NCBI GenBank assembly: GCA_049675585.1
Contig: JBAUAJ010000035.1
Location: 4,198 to 68,197 of the forward strand
Reading direction: 5' to 3'
DNA from: Thermoplasmata archaeon
GTDB lineage: Archaea > Thermoplasmatota > Thermoplasmata > Lutacidiplasmatales > UBA184
DNA: 64,000 bases
Of this stretch, positions 20,565 through 30,356 are shown piece by piece (the stretch's first letter is position 1; each line of letters begins with the position of its first letter). The translations under genes and the position numbers were made by a program. The notes beneath the pieces are model-generated. The model saw nothing but the letters and a program-made list of their open reading frames with translations. It was not told where the DNA came from and did no database searches.

Positions 20565-20668
20565 CCCACGCGAGCGGCGGGACGGTCGTTCGGATCGTCC
20601 CGCCGCCCCTTACTCTCTCGGGGCAAATATCTAAGAGGAGGCGGGCGAGTCGTTACTCCCGATAACCC

Positions 20669-23600
20669 GTGGGCCTGAATCGTCCGGTCCTGCTGACAGC
20701 TATCGCGACGGTCGTCGTCCTTCTTCTGCTCCCAGGCTCCGGGTTCGGGGAGCTCTCGGCCCACTCTGCGAATTCGGCCCCCGCGCACGCCGCCATCGCC
20801 TCCTCGGGCACCTCCCCTGCGAATGCTCGAGTCGCCGAGATAGAACAATCCCTTCGCGCAGATCACATTCCCGCTTCCGACATTCATCTTCCGAATCTGC
20901 CCGGGGCGCACCCCGGGCGCGCCGGGATCGTCGGCCCATCGTACGAAGTCGCCCCGGCGCCGATGGGCATCGCGGACCTGGGCCTCATCAACCGCTCCGG
21001 CACCCTCGAGCCGACGGTCCTCAGCACTTCGAGCGTGGAAGGGACCGCGTCGATCGAGACCGCCCAGTCGGTCTACCTCGACGGCGACACTCCCGACATG
21101 TTCGGCGTTCAGATGAACGCCGTCGCGACCGGGGTCGAGCTCAGGGGACAGCCGGGATTCCAGTTCTGGGCGCAGGACTTCTTCAGCTACACGTCGAGCA
21201 CCGGTTCCCTCTCGTTCGGGGATAACCTGTGGAACTTCTCGAACGCGGCCGCCCTGTTCCCCGCGAACTCTCTCTACTCGCACGGACCGAACGGGACCCT
21301 CGTCGCTCCGATCTTCTACTACGCCACGGGACCGACCTTCACGGTGCACTATCCGTTCTCGGTGACGTTCGCGATCAACGCCGCGGTGATCGCCAAGCGC
21401 CCCGCGATCTTCTTCAACTACACGGTCGCCTCCCCGACGCTCAACACCTCGGGGTCGTTCGACGAGGTCGTCTTCAACTCCGCCCGGATACCGATACCAG
21501 TTCTAGCCGCTCCTCCCCCCCTCTTCCAGGCGAACGGGACCGGGTACGACCCGGTGGGACTCCCCAACGACCTCGAGCTGGTGCTGGTGGGTAACGGAAA
21601 TGGGGACACCACTTCGTTCGTCCGCCTGCACGCCGCGTTCTCGCTCTCCACCTGGAACTCGACGGCCGCGAAGTTCGAGCCCGTTGCGTCCGCCTACGAC
21701 GCCGGCTCGGACACGGGAGAATCCAGCAACGGCGTCGCGGTCTCGTACAACACGACCGGTGCGGGTGCCACGATCCCGCAAGCTGTGCTGCAGGTCGGGC
21801 CTTCGTTCCTTCACGGTCTTTGGAACTATTCGAACAACCCGGGATATCGGACCGTTTCGGCGAGCGTCCTCCCGGTCAACTCCTTTTTGTTCGTCTCCCC
21901 GGGGAACTCCCTCGGCCCGAACGTCGCCCAGTGGGTGCCGACCCTCGCGTTCACGACGGGACCCGAGATCATTCCATTCCCGAACGGAGGGAACTACTAC
22001 TTCGAGTGGATACTCAGCGACTACCGTCCGGTCCATCGCTCGCTCAATCCGGCGGCCAATGCGACGGCCACGGTCACCGCGACCCTGATCCGAAGCAACG
22101 CGCTCGGCGTCTACACTCCACTGATCGCCTGGGGGAACGCCCAGTTGCCGGCGATCGCCGCCTCCGGGACGGGCACCGTCGCCAGCCCGTACGTGCTGGA
22201 CGCGAACCAGAATCATCCGATCAGCGAGTTGTTCGGGGCGATGAACTTCTTTTTCTTCCCGGTATTTCCCGGCATACTGCTCATCGGCACGGACGCATCG
22301 GTCCGCGTCACCCCTTCGAGCCTCGCGATCACGTACTCGGCCGCCGTTGCCGCGAACCTCTCCACGGTGGGCCTGCCGTCCTCCAACCACCTGCAGATCG
22401 AGTTCTGGAACGTCGAGAACGCGACGCTCACGGGCGCCCCGGGGATCTCGGGTTGGCTTTCGTCGAACGTCGGGTTCAGCCCGCTCGCCGCGGTGCTCTT
22501 CTGGGGCGCAGACGGAAACCTGATCGCGGACAATACGTTCTACGACCAGGGGAACTCCCTCGCATTTTACGGGGGCTCGAAGAACACGGTGTGGGGCAAC
22601 ACCTTCCTCGACTCGACCGCACCGGCGACGAACCAGAGCGCGGTCGAGAACTCCGGGAACAACACGACCGGGATCTGGGAGTCGGAGTCCAACGACCTCG
22701 TCTACAACAACTACTTCGCCGTGCCCGCGCCGGCGTACACCCCGACGATCGACGCAGCCTCCTGCCAGATCGTCTGCCAGACCGTGGAGTACCGGGACGT
22801 CTGGAACGTCACCCGTGCGCCCGCGGACACCGTCCGTCAGGTCCTGGGCACGAACCTCTCGGGGAGTGTCATCGGCACAAGCTACCAGGGGGGCAACTAC
22901 TGGTCGAACTACGGGACCGCCTCGAACCCACTCGGTCGCCTTCCCTACAACGACAGCGGCCGGATCACCTTCGACGGGGATTACGTGCCGCTCGTTCCCT
23001 CGAAAGCGTACCCCGTCACGGTCGCCGAGCTCGGGCTCGCTCCGGGGGTCGTCTGGGGGGTCGACGTCGCCGGGATCGATTACCGCACGAACCAAACCCT
23101 GCTCACGATCTACGCCGCGAACGGAACGTACAACTACTCCGTGCTTGAGCCGGTCGGCTACACGGCCCCATCGACCGGCAACTTCACGATCAACGGGACC
23201 GGCACGGGAGTGTCGATCGACTTCACGGCGCTCGTGGCGCTCCTCTTCACCGAGACCGGGATCGTCGCGGGCTGGAGCTGGAACGTCACGATCGTATCCG
23301 AGAATACGACGGAGAACGGGACCGTGAACTCGACCAACGCTTCGATCGTCTTCGAGGTCGAGCCGGGCCTTTACAACTGGAGCGCGAGCTCGTACGGTTA
23401 CAACGCGACCCCTGTCAACGGGACGGTCGGCGTCGGCCCGGCGGGCACCGAAGTACCCCAGATCGTCTTTTCCCTCTATTCGATCGTCGTCTTCACCGAG
23501 ACCGGTCTGCGCGCCGGGACACCGTGGACGGTCGTGGTGACGGGCGGCACGAATCCCGAGCAGTTCACGAGCTTCGCGGCCCAGCTCAACCTCACGATCT

Positions 23601-24193
23601 TCGACCTGCCCTCGGGAGCGTACGCGTGGTCGGACGCGGTCGGCGGCTACACTGCGAACCCACCGAGCGGAACGGGAACCGGTGGAACCCCGGCCGCGAT
23701 CTCGCTGCAATACACGATCATCGATGGGACGTTCGAAGGTACCGTTTCGGTGGCGTCCGCCGAACTCTGGGTCGGTGGGAACGAAACCGCCCTCACGGAC
23801 GGGGCGTTCGCTGAGTCGCTCGTCCCCGGCGTGTACTCCGTAGTCGTGATCGCACCCGGTTACATTCAGTACGACAACAACGTCACGATCACGAGCGGCG
23901 CGACCACCTCTCTCCAGGTGCAACTCACCGCGATCCCCACGGCGCCCGCCTCGGGCCCGGCGGGGATCTCGTACGCCGGCTGGGGGGTCATTGGACTCCT
24001 CGCGGTCATCGCGGCGATCGGGCTCATCCTCGCCGCGCGGCGGCAGCGCCCCGGAGCCCCCCCGGCGCCGCCGACCCCCTACGCGGTAAAGCCGCCCTCG
24101 ACCCCGCCCACCCCGGTGCCGTCCACTCGACCCCCGTGGCAGGAAGACGAGACCGACACCTCCATCGACACGCCCGGGTCGGCGCGTCGCTGA
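20669..24193 (+). CDS. Membrane-anchored thermopsin-like peptidase (A5 type), paralog of 6831..10247
   Basis: GTG start with signal-like VLLTAIATVVVLLLLPGSGFG. APAPMGIADLGLI and FGVQMNAVATGVELRGQPGFQFWAQDFFSY. Modules LFTETGIVAGWSWNVTI and VFTETGLRAGTPWTVVV. C-terminal TM WGVIGLLAVIAAIGLILAA and a Pro-rich tail. Confidence 0.65.
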   Translation: MGLNRPVLLTAIATVVVLLLLPGSGFGELSAHSANSAPAHAAIASSGTSPANARVAEIEQSLRADHIPASDIHLPNLPGAHPGRAGIVGPSYEVAPAPMGIADLGLINRSGTLEPTVLSTSSVEGTASIETAQSVYLDGDTPDMFGVQMNAVATGVELRGQPGFQFWAQDFFSYTSSTGSLSFGDNLWNFSNAAALFPANSLYSHGPNGTLVAPIFYYATGPTFTVHYPFSVTFAINAAVIAKRPAIFFNYTVASPTLNTSGSFDEVVFNSARIPIPVLAAPPPLFQANGTGYDPVGLPNDLELVLVGNGNGDTTSFVRLHAAFSLSTWNSTAAKFEPVASAYDAGSDTGESSNGVAVSYNTTGAGATIPQAVLQVGPSFLHGLWNYSNNPGYRTVSASVLPVNSFLFVSPGNSLGPNVAQWVPTLAFTTGPEIIPFPNGGNYYFEWILSDYRPVHRSLNPAANATATVTATLIRSNALGVYTPLIAWGNAQLPAIAASGTGTVASPYVLDANQNHPISELFGAMNFFFFPVFPGILLIGTDASVRVTPSSLAITYSAAVAANLSTVGLPSSNHLQIEFWNVENATLTGAPGISGWLSSNVGFSPLAAVLFWGADGNLIADNTFYDQGNSLAFYGGSKNTVWGNTFLDSTAPATNQSAVENSGNNTTGIWESESNDLVYNNYFAVPAPAYTPTIDAASCQIVCQTVEYRDVWNVTRAPADTVRQVLGTNLSGSVIGTSYQGGNYWSNYGTASNPLGRLPYNDSGRITFDGDYVPLVPSKAYPVTVAELGLAPGVVWGVDVAGIDYRTNQTLLTIYAANGTYNYSVLEPVGYTAPSTGNFTINGTGTGVSIDFTALVALLFTETGIVAGWSWNVTIVSENTTENGTVNSTNASIVFEVEPGLYNWSASSYGYNATPVNGTVGVGPAGTEVPQIVFSLYSIVVFTETGLRAGTPWTVVVTGGTNPEQFTSFAAQLNLTIFDLPSGAYAWSDAVGGYTANPPSGTGTGGTPAAISLQYTIIDGTFEGTVSVASAELWVGGNETALTDGAFAESLVPGVYSVVVIAPGYIQYDNNVTITSGATTSLQVQLTAIPTAPASGPAGISYAGWGVIGLLAVIAAIGLILAARRQRPGAPPAPPTPYAVKPPSTPPTPVPSTRPPWQEDETDTSIDTPGSARR

Positions 24194-24281
24194 ACTCGGG
24201 GTCGCTTTCCGAACTACCTCGGTCGGCGGTCCGTTCGCTCGGTCCGAGGGCCTTTACTACCGGCGCGACTAGCGGCCGCCG

Positions 24282-25448
24282 ATGGCGATGTCGCCGGCAA
24301 ATCCCCACCGAGCCTGGGCCTCGTTCGCCGTTCGGGCCCCGTTCATCGGGCTCGCGGCCGGCCTGGTGGGCCTCGTGATGATCCTGCTCGGCCTGCTGGC
24401 GGCGTCCCGCCCGCCGGCGGAGCTCTACCACACACCGCTCGCCGGATACGACCCCCCGTTCGACGTCGTCGCCGGCCTATTGTTCGTCGTGCTTTCGTTC
24501 CGGATCCGGCGCCGCAGCCCCGTGGCGTACATCTTCTCCGCGATGGTCCCGGTCCTCTCCGGCGGCATCGCCCTCCTCAGTCCGAACCCGTACTCGATCG
24601 CGTCGACCGTGGCGTCCGCGGCCCTGGTCGCCGCGATCTACCCCTACCGCGCGAGCTTCTACATCGGCTCGGCGACGGGGCCCGAAGGGACCCAGCTCCT
24701 CCTCCTGGTGGCGAGCCTCCTCTCGATCCTGTTCGGGGCGGTCGGGGCGCGGTGGCTGGGAGCGCAGTTCGACCTTCCGATCACCAACTGGGGCGAGGCG
24801 GTCTACTTCACGGTCGCGACGATCTCGACCATCGGCGCCCCGTACCAGCCGCTGACCGAGTCGGCCCGGTGGTTCGAGGTCGTGCTGATCCTGGTCGGCG
24901 TCGGAACGTTCTTATCCGCCATCGTAGTGCTTTTTGTCCCGTTCCTCGAAGCGCGGCTCGCCCGCGTGGGGGAGCGGCTCGAACGGTCCCAGATGCAGGA
25001 GCTCGATCGCCACGTCATCGTCTGCGGCTCCACGCCCGAGGCGCACGCCACCGCGATCGCCCTGCGCGAAGCCGGCGTTCGCGTCCTCGTGCTCGCCGCC
25101 GACCCGGCGGCGGTCGAACGGCTGAAAACGGAAGGATATCGGGCCCACGCGGGCGACCCGTCGGTCGAAGAGGAGCTCCAGCTCGTCGGCCTCTCCCGAG
25201 CGCGCGCGCTGATCGTAGCCCAGGAGTCGGACGCCGCCAACCTCCTGACCGTCATCACCGCCCGGGCCCTGCAGCCCGATCTTCGGATCGTGGCGGTCGC
25301 CACCGCGGAGTCGAGCCTCGCGAAGCTGCGCCGCGCGGGCGCGACGGAGTCGATCGGCGTCGTCCGGGTCGCGGCGCAGCTGATCTGCGCGGCGGCGCTC
25401 GACGAGAGCGACCCGGGAAAACCCCACGCCCACACGGTTCCCCACTGA
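24282..25448 (+). CDS. K+-channel-like pore protein fused to an RCK/TrkA-N domain, with a non-canonical filter
   Basis: Pore-helix and filter region WGEAVYFTVATISTIGAPYQP, followed by an inner helix. The RCK-like part is HVIVCGSTPEAHATAIALREAGVRVLVLAADPAAVERLKTEGYRAHAGDP. Confidence 0.7.
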   Translation: MAMSPANPHRAWASFAVRAPFIGLAAGLVGLVMILLGLLAASRPPAELYHTPLAGYDPPFDVVAGLLFVVLSFRIRRRSPVAYIFSAMVPVLSGGIALLSPNPYSIASTVASAALVAAIYPYRASFYIGSATGPEGTQLLLLVASLLSILFGAVGARWLGAQFDLPITNWGEAVYFTVATISTIGAPYQPLTESARWFEVVLILVGVGTFLSAIVVLFVPFLEARLARVGERLERSQMQELDRHVIVCGSTPEAHATAIALREAGVRVLVLAADPAAVERLKTEGYRAHAGDPSVEEELQLVGLSRARALIVAQESDAANLLTVITARALQPDLRIVAVATAESSLAKLRRAGATESIGVVRVAAQLICAAALDESDPGKPHAHTVPH

Positions 25449-25656
25449 GGGGCGGCCGTCGGCGCCCCCCGGCCCGCCCCTTGGAAGCAAAGGGCTTAGG
25501 AGGGGAGATTCGCAGACGGGAGTCGTGGAACATACGGGCCGCCACCGGGGTCGGGCGTCGCCCAAACCCCGGGCGAGCGTCGACCACCGGCCGTCCGGGC
25601 GCTCGGCTCCGCCCCGGACCCGGCATCCGAGGCAGCCGACGTACACCCACGTCCGC

Positions 25657-26154
25657 GTGGAGATCGACCTCGGCCACGAGGTGATCGCCCCCCACCGCCT
25701 CCCGTTCGTCGCCGAGATCCGGGCCCTGCTGCGCGACCGCGAGATCGAGGAGGAAGAGAGCCTGCTCGACCTCGCCGCCGCGATGCTGCACTCGTTCCAG
25801 GCGTGCGGGTTCTCCCGGGTCGACCACTGGGAGATCGACCCCGGCGGATGGCTGCCGTTGCCCGAAGCGGTCCACCCCGGGCTCGTGGAACCGGTGGACC
25901 ACCTCCTGAAGGCGCTCTCGAGCGAGCGGTGGCGGGAGCTCGCCGGGGCCAACGCGATCTCGGTCCGGCTCTCGGGAGACTCCGACCGGCGCATCGACGC
26001 CGTGCTGCGCCGGCGCCATCGCGAACGGGAACACTCGCTCTCCCTCGACCTCTGGGGCCGTCTGCCGTCCTATGAGGTCCACCGGATCGTCAACGCGGTC
26101 CGGGAGAACCTCCAGGTCCTCCGGGCCCAGGTGACGGAGTCGGTCTCCGACTGA
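25657..26154 (+). CDS. Hypothetical protein
   Basis: Very high GC3 from GTG 25657 onward. The listed start 25525 adds an Arg/Pro-rich segment that looks non-coding. The start is uncertain. Confidence 0.5.
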   Translation: MEIDLGHEVIAPHRLPFVAEIRALLRDREIEEEESLLDLAAAMLHSFQACGFSRVDHWEIDPGGWLPLPEAVHPGLVEPVDHLLKALSSERWRELAGANAISVRLSGDSDRRIDAVLRRRHREREHSLSLDLWGRLPSYEVHRIVNAVRENLQVLRAQVTESVSD

Positions 26155-26200
26155 CCCGCCCCGCAGCGGATAACCCCCGACGGACTGGCCCCGCGGACCG

Positions 26201-26908
26201 ATGTTCGCCCTCTACCTCCCCGTCGTTCTGGCCGCCCTCCTCATCACGCTGCTCGAGATGACCGAGGTCGTCGCCCTGGTACTCGCGCTGGGGGCCGAGG
26301 AACCGAGCCTGCGCCACGGGGCGGCGGGAGCGGTCGCCGGATGTGCCACCGTCGCTCTGATCGCCCTCGCTTCGGGCGCCGCCCTTCTCGCCTTCCCCCG
26401 GTCGTACTTGCTCTGGGCCGCGGCGGTCGTGCTGGCGGCGTTCGGGGTGTTCCTATTCCGAAGCACCCTGCGGACGTACCGAAAGCTGCGGGCCGCGGCG
26501 ATCGCGGGGGGTCCGCCCGCCGCTCCCCGAAGGGTGGCCCAGTTCGCGGGGGGATTCACGGTCGGAGCGGTAGAAGCGACGGAGGTGGTGGTCGTCCTCC
26601 TGGCGCTCACCGCCGCCGGCTACGGTGGATCGGCGATCGTCGGAGCGGTTACGGCCGGGGCGCTCCTCGTCGTCGTCGCGTTCGCCGTCGGCGAGCGGGT
26701 CCGCCGGATCAAGGTCCCTTGGCTCAAGCTGGGCGGAACGTCGATGCTGTTCGCCTTCTCCGTCTTCTGGGCGGGAGAGGCGCGGGGAGTCTCCTGGCCT
26801 GGAGCCGATCTGTTCCTGATCCCCCTATTCGTGGTCAGCCTCGTCCTGGTGCGGGGCGGAGTCGAGGCCGGCCTGCGGCACTCCGCCCCGGCGCCCGCCG
26901 CGACCTAG
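26201..26908 (+). CDS. Multi-pass membrane protein with internal duplication (possibly GDT1/UPF0016- or COG4280-like)
   Basis: Two halves each carry an E-x-TEVV motif inside a TM segment (LLEMTEVVALVLALG and AVEATEVVVVLLALT). The family call is tentative. Confidence 0.5.
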   Translation: MFALYLPVVLAALLITLLEMTEVVALVLALGAEEPSLRHGAAGAVAGCATVALIALASGAALLAFPRSYLLWAAAVVLAAFGVFLFRSTLRTYRKLRAAAIAGGPPAAPRRVAQFAGGFTVGAVEATEVVVVLLALTAAGYGGSAIVGAVTAGALLVVVAFAVGERVRRIKVPWLKLGGTSMLFAFSVFWAGEARGVSWPGADLFLIPLFVVSLVLVRGGVEAGLRHSAPAPAAT

Positions 26909-26927
26909 ACCGGGGTCGGTCCGACGA

Positions 26928-28043
26928 TCAGTCCACGCCCACGCTGACCGAGTGGATCCCCGGGAACTGGTACGGCACGAGCGACCAGGAACGGCCCGCG
27001 TCGGGGGAGAGGAACAGTTGGCCGGTCGTCGTCCCGACATACACTCCGGTCGGGTCGAGGCCGTCCACGGCGAGCCCCTCGCGCTGGATCCCGAACGCCC
27101 CCGGGAAGGCGCCTTTCTTCACGAGCGGCTGCCACTTTTGCTTCTCGAGTCCCCAGCGGTACACCTGCAAGTGGCCCCCGTGTACGGTGCGAGCCTCGCC
27201 GTCGAGCGGCACGAAGTAGGCCTCGCCGGGGTGCCCCGGGGCGGTCGCCACCACGAACCCGAAGTCATCCGGTAGGCCCTTTCCGACCCGCGTCCAGTGC
27301 GCGGCGCTGTCCCGACTGATGTAGATGCCGCCGTGGTCCTGGCGGTAGAGGGTCGTGGGATCCGACGAGTCGAGCGCGATCTTGTGCACGCACTGACCGA
27401 ATTCAGGGTACCGGTCCGGGAGGAACGGTGCTTCCACGCCTTTGTTGGCGAACTCCCACTTCCGACCGCCGTCGTCGGTGCGGAAGAAGCCCGCCGCGGA
27501 GATGCCGACGTACATCCGCTTCGGTCGAACCGGGTCGAGAAGGATGGTGTGCAGGCACATTCCGCCCGCCCCCGGGTTCCATTGGGCGCGGCTCGGGTGG
27601 TCGTTGAGGCCGACGACCCCCGTCCAGCTCCCTCCCTCGTCGTCCGAACGCCACAGCGACGCCGGATCGACCCCGAGGTAGACCGTCTTCGGTTCGCTCG
27701 CGGGGCCCGGCTCCACGTGCCAGAGGTTCTTGATCGGATACTTCGCGCTGGGCATCTCGAACGGGGGCTCCCGGTCGCCCACCCGCGGCGTTCCGGGCAC
27801 GGAGACCTCGGTCCACTTCCGGCCGTAGTCGCGGGAGCGGTACAGGGCCGGTCCCCACCATCCGCTGTTCGTGGCGAGGTAGACCGTCCCGGGGTGCCGG
27901 GGGTCCGGCGCGATGTGGAATACGTCCCGGCTCGGCTCGAACGGTCCGGAGACGGTCCACTTCTTCCTCTGCGCGTCCGCGCGGGCCACGTATCCGCCCT
28001 TCCTCGTTCCGATCCAGACCCTCACTGACTTCTTTGCGGCCAT
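26928..28043 (-). CDS. BNR/Asp-box repeat beta-propeller protein (sialidase/Ycf48-like fold)
   Basis: Five Asp-box-like motifs: SRDYGRKW, SDDEGGSW, TDDGGRKW, SRDSAAHW and SPDAGRSW. Confidence 0.7.
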   Translation of the reverse strand: MAAKKSVRVWIGTRKGGYVARADAQRKKWTVSGPFEPSRDVFHIAPDPRHPGTVYLATNSGWWGPALYRSRDYGRKWTEVSVPGTPRVGDREPPFEMPSAKYPIKNLWHVEPGPASEPKTVYLGVDPASLWRSDDEGGSWTGVVGLNDHPSRAQWNPGAGGMCLHTILLDPVRPKRMYVGISAAGFFRTDDGGRKWEFANKGVEAPFLPDRYPEFGQCVHKIALDSSDPTTLYRQDHGGIYISRDSAAHWTRVGKGLPDDFGFVVATAPGHPGEAYFVPLDGEARTVHGGHLQVYRWGLEKQKWQPLVKKGAFPGAFGIQREGLAVDGLDPTGVYVGTTTGQLFLSPDAGRSWSLVPYQFPGIHSVSVGVD

Positions 28044-28051
28044 TGTTCGGT

Positions 28052-28321
28052 TTACCCTCCCTGTATCGAATGGAGAATATCGATCGAGTCGCTCCCGGCC
28101 AGCCTCCGGGCGCCGACCCCCTCCCGGGGGAGCTCTTCCCCGTTAACGAACACCTTGACGAACGGCCGGAGTTGGCGGGTTTCGTCCCGGATCCGGTGTC
28201 GGAGACGAGGGAAGCGGCCCTCGAGCTCGTCGATCAGCGCGTCCACCGACTCGGCGGACGAGGAGAGGGGTGCGCGGGGCCCGTAGACCCGCAGCATCGC
28301 GTCGAGGCGCACTTCCGCCAT
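28052..28321 (-). CDS. MoaD/ThiS/SAMP-like beta-grasp protein ending in Gly-Gly
   Basis: About 89 aa from ATG 28321. C-terminus ...IDILHSIQGG followed by stop. Lies 8 nt upstream of the BNR gene. Confidence 0.6.
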   Translation of the reverse strand: MAEVRLDAMLRVYGPRAPLSSSAESVDALIDELEGRFPRLRHRIRDETRQLRPFVKVFVNGEELPREGVGARRLAGSDSIDILHSIQGG

Positions 28322-28466
28322 CGGTCGCTCCGTAGCTCCCCCCAGCACCGTCCGATGCTTAAACTTGAAGTGGCGGAGCTCCGGACGGATGAAAAACAGA
28401 ACCGCCTCCGTCCGGTCGCCCGGACGGAGGGAGAAAGGGTTCGTTCGAGGACGCGGAGTGCCTGCT

Positions 28467-29138
28467 TTAGGACGGCAGGACCTTGCGGCCGTAGTTCCAG
28501 TTGGTCAGGTCCGCCGTCGCGACGTACCAGGCCGTCAATCCCGTCAGGATGATCATGCCGCCGACCGCCCAGCCCTCACCGGTCGAGATCGTGTGGCCGC
28601 CACCGAGCTGCCAGAACTTCACGGTCAAGAGGATGAACGAGATGAACAGGAAGAGGAACACAAAGAAGATTCCCCATCCGTGCTTCATCGAGTTGATCAA
28701 GAAGGTCAGCGTGAACATCATCCAGACGAACGCGAACGCCGAGACCGCATACAGCGCAACGGCTCCTGTGGGCGCGAGACCTATGAACGTGGTCAGCATG
28801 AACGTGAACGCCAGCCAAAACGCCCCGTAGCCGACGAACGCCGAACCCGCAAACAGGTTCCCCTTGCGGAGACCGATGACGCCCGCAATCAGCTGAACGA
28901 TCCCTCCGAAGGCGATCGCCATCCCGTAGATCCCCCAGTTGGCCGCAAAGCCATTTACGTAGGGGGCAGGGAGGTTGCTCAACCCCGCCATGATCGTCGT
29001 TAGGCCGAATCCCATCAGTCCGATGACTGCGGGGCTCGCCCACCACTCGGGCTTCTCCTCCATTCTTGGGGGAGACTCCTGCATTCCTCTCGCCGTTTCC
29101 ATGGTCGAATCCGAGGCCGGCATGCTAGGGCGAAGCAC
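28467..29138 (-). CDS. satP: GPR1/FUN34/YaaH-family acetate/succinate transporter-like protein
   Basis: Six TM segments. ASPAVIGLMGFGLTT and GNLFAGSAFVGYGAFWLAF resemble the NPAPLGL and FxxYGxFW family motifs. Confidence 0.7.
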   Translation of the reverse strand: MLRPSMPASDSTMETARGMQESPPRMEEKPEWWASPAVIGLMGFGLTTIMAGLSNLPAPYVNGFAANWGIYGMAIAFGGIVQLIAGVIGLRKGNLFAGSAFVGYGAFWLAFTFMLTTFIGLAPTGAVALYAVSAFAFVWMMFTLTFLINSMKHGWGIFFVFLFLFISFILLTVKFWQLGGGHTISTGEGWAVGGMIILTGLTAWYVATADLTNWNYGRKVLPS

Positions 29139-29276
29139 GCAGTCCTAGTAGATAATCTCTGTTTTCTACGGGATTTCCGTGTTACACCATGTTTTGGTCC
29201 CACCCCGGGGGAACGGAGGGGGACCTTTGCGTGCCGGTAGGGTTATGGCGGGGGAGGAATCCCCCGGGGCCGCACG

Positions 29277-29552
29277 ATGGAAGACCGCGACGAGTTGAAG
29301 CAGGTGGTGTTCGGCGAGACCCGGGTCGTCCTGACCCGCGACCTGACGACCATGAACCCGAACCTGGCCCTCGGCTCGCAAGGGCTCGTGGTCGGGAAGC
29401 TGGCGAACTATACGCTCAAGGTCGCCTTCCCTCGCGTTACGGTCGGCGTGAACTGGAAGGACTGCGACATCGTGCGCGGCAAGACCGGAATGCCGACCGA
29501 TGCGGACCAGCCGAAGGTCATCCCGAAGCCTCGCCACATGGGCGAGGAGTAA
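29277..29552 (+). CDS. Hypothetical small protein
   Basis: 91 aa, ATG start, strong GC3 bias. Confidence 0.55.
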   Translation: MEDRDELKQVVFGETRVVLTRDLTTMNPNLALGSQGLVVGKLANYTLKVAFPRVTVGVNWKDCDIVRGKTGMPTDADQPKVIPKPRHMGEE

Positions 29553-29555
29553 CGG

Positions 29556-30350
29556 CTACTTTCGACCCCGGCCGTCGAACAAGCGTTCGGCGATTCCGGG
29601 GAGCGCTTCGAGGCGATGGATCTGGTACTCGGCCTTCGGGGATTCCCAACCGGGCGGCAGGAACAACGCCTGATACTGGGCGCCGTAGGTCTGCAGCCCC
29701 GTGTACAGCACCGCACCTCGCATTCCGGCCCTCCGGGGTCCTTCGATGTCCGGCCACCCGTCGCCGACATGAACGGCGCGCTGGGGGGCAACTCCAAGGC
29801 GTCCGAGCGCCTCGTGGAATATCTGAGGGCTCGGCTTGGTCCACGGGTGCTCGTCGCTGAACACCCACTCTTCGACCAGGTCGTCGAACCCCATCGCCCG
29901 TAGTGTCGGCCGGAGCGTCGCGCCGGGTTCTCCGACCGTGTTCGAGATCACGGCCGTCCGCCACCCGCGCGAGCGGATCTCCCGCAGGGTCTCGAGCGCG
30001 CCGGGACCGAGCTTGAATGGAGTGGCCGCCACCAATCGGCGCAGGCCCTCCAGGTACACCTCGGTCTCGGCGACCCGACCCCCCCGTTCGGCCGCCCGCA
30101 CGAGCTGTTCGGGAGGGGGAACACTCTCCCCACGCTGGGACGCGGCGACCGCTTCCCCGTACACCGCCTGGAAGATCTTGTGGAGCTCCGCCCGCGGCCT
30201 GAGCGAAGCTCCCGGGAGCTCCGCTGCCTGCTCGAGCACGGTCGTCGCCAGATCCATCTGGGAGAGCATGTACGCTTCTTCGTCCTGAGGGGTCAGGTAG
30301 ACCAGCGTATGCCAGAGGTCGAGGGTGATCGCCGCGGGGGCCGACGTCAT
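29556..30350 (-). CDS. HAD-superfamily hydrolase (haloacid-dehalogenase-like subfamily)
   Basis: Motif I-like ITLDLWHTLV, motif II AVISNT, motif IV HVGDGWPDIEG. Confidence 0.7.
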   Translation of the reverse strand: MTSAPAAITLDLWHTLVYLTPQDEEAYMLSQMDLATTVLEQAAELPGASLRPRAELHKIFQAVYGEAVAASQRGESVPPPEQLVRAAERGGRVAETEVYLEGLRRLVAATPFKLGPGALETLREIRSRGWRTAVISNTVGEPGATLRPTLRAMGFDDLVEEWVFSDEHPWTKPSPQIFHEALGRLGVAPQRAVHVGDGWPDIEGPRRAGMRGAVLYTGLQTYGAQYQALFLPPGWESPKAEYQIHRLEALPGIAERLFDGRGRK

Positions 30351-30356
30351 GGCCGT

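Noticed and set aside
21503-23923. 806-aa - strand ORF, and 21820..23148 +
   Set aside because: These are shadow frames of the second thermopsin-like gene, with Arg-rich junk composition.
24912-25994. 360-aa - strand ORF and 25255..26082 - across the K+-channel 3' end and the following hypothetical gene
   Set aside because: The + frames show very high GC3 and protein-like composition. The - frames are Arg/Pro/Gly-rich.
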